In this document: positions 48,697-56,279 of the stretch, piece after piece
How positions within the stretch are numbered: the first letter of the stretch is position 1
Layout of the letters: the number at the start of each line of letters is the position of its first letter
Source of the DNA: Rhizobium sp. Q54
GTDB taxonomy: Bacteria > Pseudomonadota > Alphaproteobacteria > UBA7879 > VGCX01
Length of the DNA: 64,000 nucleotides
Assembly: GCA_945870825.1 (NCBI GenBank)
Contig: CAMBTM010000003.1
Location: forward strand, 5,290-69,289
Reading direction: 5' to 3'
Notes under the pieces: generated by a model
What the model saw: only the letters and a program-made list of their open reading frames with translations
The model's database searches: none
What the model was told of the DNA's origin: nothing
Made by a program: the position numbers and the translations under genes

Positions 48697-49142
48697 TAAT
48701 TTTGCAGTTTGAGAATATCCTCTTTAGAAAGTCCTGTATACCTTATGATGTCTCCAATAGACATTTGATCCTGCAAAAGATTGATAGCAATACCCCGGAC
48801 CTTTTCGAAAGCACCTTTTTCAAGCCCTTGGCTTATGCCCTGGGTTATGCCTTTTTCTCTGCCTTTATCGAACTGCTCTTGGAAAACGATAGAATAATCA
48901 TCTCGGTTGAATTTCTCAAATTCATATTTTTTCATGATCTCTCCTCTCCATGCGCCAAGATCCAGTAAACTGAGGGCTTTTTTCATCACTGGATCAAAAT
49001 CTTCTGGAATGTTCTCCATGCTTGCAGATTCTTTTAATATTTTCAACCACTGTTTTTTAGGGCCTTCTTCCACCAAATCCAACTTCACCCGGGGCAGTTC
49101 AATTTCCTCCCCCCGACGCCGTCTTCCAGAGCCCCGCTGCAA
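48696..49142 (-). pseudogene. C-terminal remnant of an Rpn/YhgA-like (TIGR01784-type PD-(D/E)XK) putative transposase, truncated at a MITE
   Basis: ..IELPRVKLDLVEEGPKKQWLKILKE.., ..PVMKKALSLLDLGAWRGEIMKKYEFEK.., ..GITQGISQGLEKGAFEKVRGIAINLLQDQMSIGDIIRYTGLSKEDILKL match the C-terminal third of this family. The first 13 codons (MQRGSGRRRRGEE) are read from the left terminus of MITE B3. No nuclease domain is present. Confidence 0.55.
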
Positions 49143-49328
49143 GCGGGGCGTGGGATCCAGAAGGTTAGCCGAATGGCTAAAATACCCCTTTTCAACTGTC
49201 TCAATGTTGGGGGAGTCAAATCGTGAGTAGCCCTAACGGGCTATTTTTCTGGATCCCACGCCCACCTCCGGTGGGCTCTGGAAGACGGCGTCGGGGGGAT
49301 CGGTGGGCTCTGGAGGACAACGTCGGGG
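49109..49328. mobile_element. Family-B MITE-like element, best-preserved copy (core 49109-49298) plus one extra right-end unit
   Basis: Perfect 26-bp terminal inverted repeats: ccccccgacgccgtcttccagagccc (49109-49134) and gggctctggaagacggcgtcgggggg (49273-49298). There is an inner perfect 14-bp pair cgtgggatccagaa/ttctggatcccacg and four local hairpins. Confidence 0.9.
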
Positions 49329-49395
49329 AGATACAAAGTCGCGTTGATAGATTTCACTTCTATCAACTCAATGGCTAAAAAAGAAATCAAACGTT

Positions 49396-50631
49396 CTACA
49401 CCTTACCCACGTGCACCAAGGTCACCCGGTGGTGATGGCATTTGAGAATTCTGAATTGGAAACTCTGGAAGCGATAGACTTGGCCAGGCTTTGGGATGGC
49501 TTGGGCTTCATATAGTAAGAACCCCCCAAGGGTCGTTGCCTTTCTGTGGGACAGTTTCCACCCCACTTTTCGCTTGATATCGCGCAGCGTCACCGCGCCT
49601 TTAATTTTGTACCCTTCTTTGGGATTCCCTTGAATCCCATCGGTCCTGACGTCATGTTCATCCAACATTTGACCCAAGACTTCCTCCAAAATATCTTCCA
49701 ACGTCACAACGCCTTGGACATCCCCGTATTCATCAACGACTACAGCCATATGCTGGTGGGTGGCCCGAAAAACCTCAATTTGATCGGCCAATGATGTTGT
49801 TTCCGGGGCGTACAAAGGTTCTTGGTAAATATCTTCCAGTCTTAAATTTGGGGTTTCCTCCATCCGCTGCAAGAATGTCTTCACGTGGAGAATGCCTAGA
49901 ATATTGTCAGGACTTTTGTCCCACACAGGAAGGCGCGTATAGGGGCTTTTCATCACTTGGGCACGGATGTCTTTTAAACTTTTGGATTTATTGATGGCTT
50001 CTACATCTTTTCTGTGAATCATCACTTCTTCAATATTTACAAAGGACAAGTCCAAGATTCCATGGAGCATTTCCTTTTGGTCTTTGCGCTCGTGATGGGT
50101 AAAAATATCAATGGCGCCGCGCAGTTCCTCATGCAGAGAATTTTCATCGTTATTTCTAAGGGACACACCAAAAAATTCCCAAATATTTTCAGCCAGTTGC
50201 CGTACCACTTGGGTGACCGGCGAAAAAACTCTCACACACCATTGCATCAACGGGCTGACCATAAGGGATACTTGTTCAGGATTATGAATGGCATAGAGTT
50301 TGGGCATGACTTCTGAAAAGATCAGGATCAAAAATGTCATACAAAGAGTCGCAATACCAATTCCCGTTTCATCAAAAAGCTTGATAAAGACGTGGGTTGC
50401 AAGGGATGTTGCCAAAATATTAACCAGGTTATTGCCTAAAAGAACGGTTCCCAAGACACGCCCCATATTCAATGACAAGGTCTTCACCCGCTTGCCGCGT
50501 TTGGGGTCTTTCGTCATCATTTGGTGGATCTGAAGCTGGGTAACAGCCGTCAATGCCGTTTCACAAGCTGAAAAAAATGCCGAACAAATGAGCAGGAAAA
50601 CAATCACGCCAAAAATAATAAGGAGTGTCAT
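49396..50631 (-). CDS. HlyC/CorC (CNNM) family transporter: DUF21 + CBS pair + CorC_HlyC
   Basis: ORF 49396-50841. ATG at 50631 (MTLLIIFGVIVFLLICSAFFSACETALTAV..) is the typical DUF21 opening. CBS region ..IMIHRKDV.., ..AVVVDEYGDVQGVVTLEDILEEV... The longer N-extension would overlap gpsA. Confidence 0.88.
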   Translation of the reverse strand: MTLLIIFGVIVFLLICSAFFSACETALTAVTQLQIHQMMTKDPKRGKRVKTLSLNMGRVLGTVLLGNNLVNILATSLATHVFIKLFDETGIGIATLCMTFLILIFSEVMPKLYAIHNPEQVSLMVSPLMQWCVRVFSPVTQVVRQLAENIWEFFGVSLRNNDENSLHEELRGAIDIFTHHERKDQKEMLHGILDLSFVNIEEVMIHRKDVEAINKSKSLKDIRAQVMKSPYTRLPVWDKSPDNILGILHVKTFLQRMEETPNLRLEDIYQEPLYAPETTSLADQIEVFRATHQHMAVVVDEYGDVQGVVTLEDILEEVLGQMLDEHDVRTDGIQGNPKEGYKIKGAVTLRDIKRKVGWKLSHRKATTLGGFLLYEAQAIPKPGQVYRFQSFQFRILKCHHHRVTLVHVGKV

Positions 50632-50764
50632 GAGAGTACCCCCTGTTGAAGCAGGTGCCATAAAAAGTAATGCACTGAAGAAATCTCGTGGGTCATGGTT
50701 TTCTTTTAAACGATTTATGATATAAGTATAGGGAGAATTTTTCAAAAAAAAAGGACAAAGAGTT

Positions 50765-51757
50765 GTGTCAAAGGTATTTATCGTAGGTGCCGGTGCTTGG
50801 GGAACAGCCCTTGGGGTAGTCGCCCAACAAGCAGGATCCAAAGTTATCCTCTGGGGCCGGTCATTAGATCATGTCACAAGCATCAACACAGAACATAGGA
50901 TTAAACATCTGCCTGACGTGACGCTTAGTGCCTCTATCACAGCCACCAATGATATTGCCGAAATTGAAAATCACGACATTATTATCCTTGCAGTTCCCTC
51001 CCAGTCTTTGCGGGATGTGTTAAAGATGATCAAACCCCACGCCACAAAGAAAATGATTTTTGTGGTGGCGTGTAAGGGAATTGAAATGAAAACGGGCCTT
51101 TTGATGACGGAAGTGATTGAAGAGGTTGTGCCAGGTATGACGGTCGCTGTTTTGTCAGGCCCTAATTTTGCCCCCGAAATTGCAAAAACATTGCCAACAG
51201 CCACCACATTAGCCTGCGCCGATAATGCCGCGCGTGATAAAGTTGTGCAGGCCCTTAACTACACGAATTTCCGTCTTTACCTTAATAATGATATTATCGG
51301 CGCCCAGGTGGGAGGTGCCCTTAAGAATGTCTTGGCTATTGGCTGTGGCATTGCCCAAGGATACGGTCTTGGGGAAAATTCCATGGCGTCCCTTATTACC
51401 CGAGGACTGGTTGAGATTGCTGAACTGGGGGTAAAAAAGGGCGGCATTCAAGAGACATTTTATGGCCTTTCTGGCCTTGGCGACATTATTTTAACCTGCA
51501 TGGGCAGCCAATCCCGTAACTATAAATTGGGCCGGGCTATTGGCCGTGGTGCCAAGATCGAGGATATTTTGGAAAGCACCAAAGATACGGTTGAAGGGTT
51601 TCATACAGCCGATTCTGTCAGAACCCTTGCTAAAAAACTGGGCGTTGATATGCCCATTTGCGAAACGATCTTTAAATCTTTGTATGAGGACCTGAACGTC
51701 CCCAACGCCATTTCATTTTTGCTGGATAGACCCGTGCGGGAAGAAATTATTCTTTAA
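50765..51757 (+). CDS. gpsA: NAD(P)H-dependent glycerol-3-phosphate dehydrogenase
   Basis: 330 aa, GTG start. ..VFIVGAGAWGTALG.., ..GPNFAPEIA.., ..GALKNVLAIGCGI.. Confidence 0.95.
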   Translation: MSKVFIVGAGAWGTALGVVAQQAGSKVILWGRSLDHVTSINTEHRIKHLPDVTLSASITATNDIAEIENHDIIILAVPSQSLRDVLKMIKPHATKKMIFVVACKGIEMKTGLLMTEVIEEVVPGMTVAVLSGPNFAPEIAKTLPTATTLACADNAARDKVVQALNYTNFRLYLNNDIIGAQVGGALKNVLAIGCGIAQGYGLGENSMASLITRGLVEIAELGVKKGGIQETFYGLSGLGDIILTCMGSQSRNYKLGRAIGRGAKIEDILESTKDTVEGFHTADSVRTLAKKLGVDMPICETIFKSLYEDLNVPNAISFLLDRPVREEIIL

Positions 51758-52654
51758 GAGTTCATCCATCACTTTCTCAACCGTCAATGTCCCCATGATG
51801 TTTTGACCCTGTTTGGCAAGATCCATGGCCTCTTGGAAAGACATATCCGTTCTTATATAGGTTGCCCTTTCACCCCACGGGGCATAAATGGTTTCAGGAC
51901 TTGGTCCAAAAAGGCCCAATGTGGGTGTTCCAACGGCAGCGGCCAAATGCATCAATCCAGAATCATTGCCGACAAAAAGATCTGCCTTTTTAAGAATCGC
52001 GGCCAAGACTGGAAGGGGTGCCTGACCCACCAAATCCAATGTTTTTTCTTTGGGCATGGCCTCAAAAAGTGGGGCAAGTTCACCACGCTGAGAAGGGGCC
52101 CCCAGAATGGCAACAGTGCCTTTTCCCTTGATCAGTTTATTTCCAAGCGCCGCAAAGTTCTCCAACGGCCAAGACTTTTTGTCCCAGTTGGATGCCGGTG
52201 ATAGACAGATCAAGGGATTCATTCCCTCAACAATACGCTGAGCCTCTGCCTCATGCTGGGCACTGATGTGGATCTTGGAAGGAGGGGTCTTGGCAAGCCC
52301 CAAAAAAGCTGACAACTGATGAACCCGCAGGGTTTTTGCTGCAGAGCTGCTCCAAATATAGCGCTTTTTCCCGACTAAAAAATGACTCAACCCTGTACCA
52401 CGTAGATCCACAATAATGTCCCACCGTGTCAGCGCGCACGTGGCCCAAAGCTTTAGCCAATGCCTTGAATAAGAAAGTTTTTCAATGGGAATCAGGCATT
52501 CAAGTTGAGGCATTGCCTCAAAAAGCGGCAGAGGAATAGGGCCACACGCAATGGTGAATTTGGCGTTAGGATATTGAAGCCGCAAGGACTCCAAGATGCC
52601 GGTTGAAATAATGGCATCGCCTAGATACGTGGAAGTAATAAAAAGAATCCGCAT
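51713..52654 (-). CDS. Glycosyltransferase family 9 (LPS heptosyltransferase-like)
   Basis: 313 aa. MRILFITSTYLGDAIISTGILESL.., ..FVGNDSGLMHLAAAVGTPTLGLFGPS.. Confidence 0.85.
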   Translation of the reverse strand: MRILFITSTYLGDAIISTGILESLRLQYPNAKFTIACGPIPLPLFEAMPQLECLIPIEKLSYSRHWLKLWATCALTRWDIIVDLRGTGLSHFLVGKKRYIWSSSAAKTLRVHQLSAFLGLAKTPPSKIHISAQHEAEAQRIVEGMNPLICLSPASNWDKKSWPLENFAALGNKLIKGKGTVAILGAPSQRGELAPLFEAMPKEKTLDLVGQAPLPVLAAILKKADLFVGNDSGLMHLAAAVGTPTLGLFGPSPETIYAPWGERATYIRTDMSFQEAMDLAKQGQNIMGTLTVEKVMDELLKNNFFPHGSIQQK

Positions 52655-52660
52655 GGGAAA

Positions 52661-53452
52661 TTATGCCTTATAAGGTGGACAATCCCATCCCTTGGGGGAC
52701 AACGTGAAAATCTCATAGCCTGTTTTTGTAACGCCTAAACTATGTTCAAACTGGGCTGACAAGGATTTATCCCGCGTGACGGCAGTCCAGCCGTCTTGGA
52801 GTATTTTAGACTCATAGCCGCCTGCATTAATCATGGGCTCGATGGTAAAAAACATCCCTTCTTCCATGACCACACCCTCGCCGGGTTTGCCAAAATGGGT
52901 CACCTCAGGGGAGGTGTGAAAAACACGTCCCAATCCATGTCCACAAAAATCCCTCACCACGGAATACCCTTTTTTTTCCACAAAGCTTTGGATAGCGTGC
53001 CCAATATCGCCAAAGGTATTGCCTGGTTTCACGCATTCAATGGCACGCATCATAGCCTCGTACGTCACATCCACCAAGCGTTTGGCTTTGATATTGACTT
53101 TGTCACCAACCAAAAACATCCGACTTGTATCGCCATACCATCCATCCAAAATCACCGTCACATCAATATTCAAGATATCGCCCACAACCAACTTTTTAGG
53201 CCCTGGGATCCCATGACAGATGACGTGATTCAGGGAAGTACAAATAGATTTTGGAAAGCCATGATAATTCAAAGGTGCTGGAATAGCGCGATGGGCTATA
53301 ATAAAATCATGGCACAAGGTGTTCAGTTCCTCTGTCGTGATACCGGGCGTCACGTAGGGCGTGATATAATCAAGGGTTTCAGCCGCAAGACGTCCTGCCC
53401 GATGCATGGCTTTAAAATCTTCTGATGTGTGGATTTGAATTTTTTTCATCAC
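52661..53452 (-). CDS. map: Type I methionine aminopeptidase
   Basis: 263 aa. ..ICHGIPG.., ..NIDVTVILDGWYGDTSRMF.., ..FCGHGLG.., ..FTIEPM.., ..QFEHS.. Confidence 0.95.
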   Translation of the reverse strand: MMKKIQIHTSEDFKAMHRAGRLAAETLDYITPYVTPGITTEELNTLCHDFIIAHRAIPAPLNYHGFPKSICTSLNHVICHGIPGPKKLVVGDILNIDVTVILDGWYGDTSRMFLVGDKVNIKAKRLVDVTYEAMMRAIECVKPGNTFGDIGHAIQSFVEKKGYSVVRDFCGHGLGRVFHTSPEVTHFGKPGEGVVMEEGMFFTIEPMINAGGYESKILQDGWTAVTRDKSLSAQFEHSLGVTKTGYEIFTLSPKGWDCPPYKA

Positions 53453-54156
53453 AAACGAATTTTCAATTTATCTTTTAATCTGATTTCTTCAGGGGTTACA
53501 TGGCATCCGTACGCCAAAACTTCAACCCCGTGGTCTATTGCTTTCATAAGAGTTTCTGCATAAAGGGGATCAATGTCTTTTGCAACAGTAAATGTCGTAC
53601 AATCTGACCGTTGGCTTATATAAAACATCACGGCCCGGTGTCCTTCATCAACCATACGCATGAGTCCCAGCAAGTGTTTTGTCCCCCGGGATGTTACTGC
53701 ATCTGGGAAACAAAGATGGTCGTCAACACGCATGCTCACATTCTTTACTTCGACATAGGTTACTGGTTTATCGGGGGATGTCAGTAAGATATCGATTCTG
53801 GAATTTTCATCATAGCGCACTTCCCGTTTTAAGGATTCATAATATAAAAGCGCGTCAATTTTCCCACCTTGAATGGCTTCTACGGCAATTTTATTGGGGT
53901 TTTGGGTGTTCACCCCCACCATCCCGTAAGATGTTTCGATCATCTCCAAGGTATAGGGGAGTTGACGTTGGGCATTCTCAGCAGGACTGATCCAGGCTGT
54001 TGGCTCAGGGTCATTTTCGTAAATACCTTTCATGGAACCCGAATTGGGGCAATGCACCGTGAAGGTTAAATCCATTTCTTTGGAATAAACATCGGCCAAA
54101 AAACGTTTGTACCGCCTTAAAAGTTTGACCCGTAATAAGGGTTTTTGAAATCGCAT
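53449..54156 (-). CDS. sfsA: Sugar fermentation stimulation protein SfsA (nuclease-fold DNA-binding)
   Basis: ORF 53449-54261. The ATG at 54156 (MRFQKPLLRVKLLRRYKRFLADV..) matches the conserved SfsA N-terminus and removes the overlap with serS. Confidence 0.88.
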   Translation of the reverse strand: MRFQKPLLRVKLLRRYKRFLADVYSKEMDLTFTVHCPNSGSMKGIYENDPEPTAWISPAENAQRQLPYTLEMIETSYGMVGVNTQNPNKIAVEAIQGGKIDALLYYESLKREVRYDENSRIDILLTSPDKPVTYVEVKNVSMRVDDHLCFPDAVTSRGTKHLLGLMRMVDEGHRAVMFYISQRSDCTTFTVAKDIDPLYAETLMKAIDHGVEVLAYGCHVTPEEIRLKDKLKIRL

Positions 54157-54231
54157 GACCTGGTTCCCAACGCTTTTGAATGATGCTATATTATTCCACA
54201 AATATGATACCGTAAAGACGAGCAACATCCC

Positions 54232-55509
54232 ATGCATGATATTAAATGGATCCGCGAGCATCCAGAAGACTTTGATGAAAACTTAAAGAAAAGAGGCAAA
54301 GCGCCTCACGCTGAAATCCTTTTGTCTTTGGACCAATCTTACCGGTCCTGTGTGGCTGAAACACAGGCATTGCAACAAAAACGCAATGACGTTGCGGCAA
54401 CCATGGGAAAAATGCGAGGCAAAGGTGAGGATACAGCCGCTCTTGTGGAAGAAGGCACGGCCCTTAAAAACAAGCTTGCAACTCTTGAGGCAGAAGAACG
54501 CGCGCTATTTGAAAAGTTAAACTTTTCCCTCGCGTCCCTGCCCAATCTTATGTTGGACAGTGTACCTCAAGGGACCAGTGACGCTGACAATAAAACAGTG
54601 CGTGTGGTGGGTGATCCGGCCCTCTTTTCCTTTAAACCCAAAGAACATTTTGAACTGGGTGAGGCCCTTGGTCTTATGGATTTTGAACAAGCAGCCCAAG
54701 TATCTGGCAGCCGTTTTGTGATTTTAAAGGGCGCTCTTGCGAGGCTTGAGAGGGCCTTGGCTCAGTTCATGCTTGATACCCATGTGAATGAATTTGGCTA
54801 TACAGAAGTCTCCCCCCCTTTGCTGGTGACATCAGACACCATGTTTGGCACGGGACAACTCCCGAATCTTGGGGAAGATTCCTTTAAAACCCAAAACCAT
54901 TGGCTGATCCCAACGGCTGAAGTGCCTTTGACCAATTTGGTTGCAAAAAAGACATTAGATGAAAGCCAACTGCCGCTTCGGTTTGTAGGTCACACACCTT
55001 GCTTTCGTTCAGAAGCGGGGGCTGCTGGCAAAGATACCCGGGGCATGCTCCGCCAACATCAATTTTATAAAGTAGAACTGGTCAGCATCGTGCATCCTGA
55101 TGATGCACAGGGTGAATTGGAACGCATGACGGGTGCTGCCGAAAGAATTTTGCAAAAACTCAATCTGCCTTACCGTGTACAACTACTGTGTACGGGGGAC
55201 GCTGGGTTTTGTTCTCAGAAAACTTATGATCTTGAAGTCTGGCTTCCAGGTCAAGATCAATACCGGGAAATTTCCAGTTGTTCCACCTGCGGACCTTTCC
55301 AGGCACGCCGGATGAATGCGCGGTTTCGACCTAAAGACATCGATGGTCAAAAACAAAAGCCCCAGTTTGTTCATACATTAAATGGATCGGGTCTAGCCGT
55401 GGGGCGGACGTTAATCGCAGTGCTTGAAAACTATCAACAAGCCGATGGGTCCATTCGGATTCCGGAGGTGCTTTACCCTTATATGAATGGATTGAAGGAG
55501 ATCAAATAA
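54232..55509 (+). CDS. serS: Serine-tRNA ligase
   Basis: 425 aa. MHDIKWIREHPE.. coiled-coil arm. Class II motifs ..TPCFRSEAGAAGKDTRGMLRQHQFYKVE.., ..GSGLAVGRTLIAVLENYQ.. Confidence 0.97.
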   Translation: MHDIKWIREHPEDFDENLKKRGKAPHAEILLSLDQSYRSCVAETQALQQKRNDVAATMGKMRGKGEDTAALVEEGTALKNKLATLEAEERALFEKLNFSLASLPNLMLDSVPQGTSDADNKTVRVVGDPALFSFKPKEHFELGEALGLMDFEQAAQVSGSRFVILKGALARLERALAQFMLDTHVNEFGYTEVSPPLLVTSDTMFGTGQLPNLGEDSFKTQNHWLIPTAEVPLTNLVAKKTLDESQLPLRFVGHTPCFRSEAGAAGKDTRGMLRQHQFYKVELVSIVHPDDAQGELERMTGAAERILQKLNLPYRVQLLCTGDAGFCSQKTYDLEVWLPGQDQYREISSCSTCGPFQARRMNARFRPKDIDGQKQKPQFVHTLNGSGLAVGRTLIAVLENYQQADGSIRIPEVLYPYMNGLKEIK

Positions 55510-55511
55510 CA

Positions 55512-56279
55512 ATGAAAAAAGATAATCCGTGTATCCTACTGTCAAATGACGATGGTATTCATGCCCCGGGACTGAAAATCCTCGAACAAATTGCGGCAAC
55601 ACTCAGTGATGATATTTGGGTGGTGGCCCCTTCTTCAGAACAAAGTGGTGCTGGGCATTCATTGACGCTGAACCGCCCACTGCGGGCCCACAAATTTTCT
55701 GAAAAGCGGTTTTCTGTGGACGGAACGCCCACAGACTGTGTCCTGATGGCCATTGAAGATTTGATGGGTGGGAAAAAACCTGACCTTCTGCTTTCTGGTG
55801 TAAATCACGGATCGAACGTGGGTGATGATGTAACTTATTCTGGAACTGTGGCGGCTGCTATGGAGGGGACATCTTTTGGGATTCCATCTATTGCCTTAAG
55901 TCAAGACCTTTCCTGGGGACATCCGGCCAAGTGGCATACAGCCCTTGACCATGCCCCAAGTATCTTGAAAAAACTTATCCATAAAGGTTGGCCCAAGAAT
56001 GTCTTGATCAACATTAACTTCCCCAATGTCATTTCCAAATCTGTTGCAGGCATAGAGGTTGTTCGTCAAGGATTCAGGGCCCCTTATAAATCCATCGTCA
56101 AAGCAGTTGACCCCCGAGGTGGCAATTATTATTGGTTAGGCTGTATCCCAGAACAGTTGGATATGACAGAGGAAACGGATCTCGCCGCCATGGTTAAAAA
56201 GAAGATTTCCATCACCCCCTTGTATTTGGATTTAACCCATGACAAGACACTCAGTCATTTGGCCAAAGCTTTTGACTAA
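55512..56279 (+). CDS. surE: 5'/3'-nucleotidase SurE
   Basis: 255 aa. ..ILLSNDDGIHAPGL.., ..PSSEQSGAGHSLT.., ..GTPTDCV.., ..SGVNHGSNVGDDVTYSGTVAAAMEG.. Confidence 0.95.
   Translation: MKKDNPCILLSNDDGIHAPGLKILEQIAATLSDDIWVVAPSSEQSGAGHSLTLNRPLRAHKFSEKRFSVDGTPTDCVLMAIEDLMGGKKPDLLLSGVNHGSNVGDDVTYSGTVAAAMEGTSFGIPSIALSQDLSWGHPAKWHTALDHAPSILKKLIHKGWPKNVLININFPNVISKSVAGIEVVRQGFRAPYKSIVKAVDPRGGNYYWLGCIPEQLDMTEETDLAAMVKKKISITPLYLDLTHDKTLSHLAKAFD

Noticed and set aside
49149-49260. The cloverleaf-like fold of the MITE-B core as a possible tRNA-like or ncRNA gene
   Set aside because: The stem and loop sizes (14-bp outer stem, 6-bp arms with 4-nt loops) do not fit tRNA. There is no GTTCRANYC T-loop and no D-loop signature. 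The sequence is a multicopy element bounded by TIRs.
50629-50730. A plus-strand AAGGAG-N5-ATG followed by a 33-codon ORF in the corC/gpsA intergenic region
   Set aside because: The ATG is the reverse complement of the corC start codon region. The peptide has no features and the SD-like sequence is probably coincidental.
52796-53425. 209-aa plus-strand ORF antisense to map. Similar long antisense ORFs occur at 11801-12382 (in tlc), 27914-28288 (in groEL) and 56319-56981 (in nlpD)
   Set aside because: All lie entirely inside strongly supported genes on the other strand and have no recognisable motifs. They are stop-poor shadow frames. The nlpD one is open because of the repeat-derived low-complexity tract.
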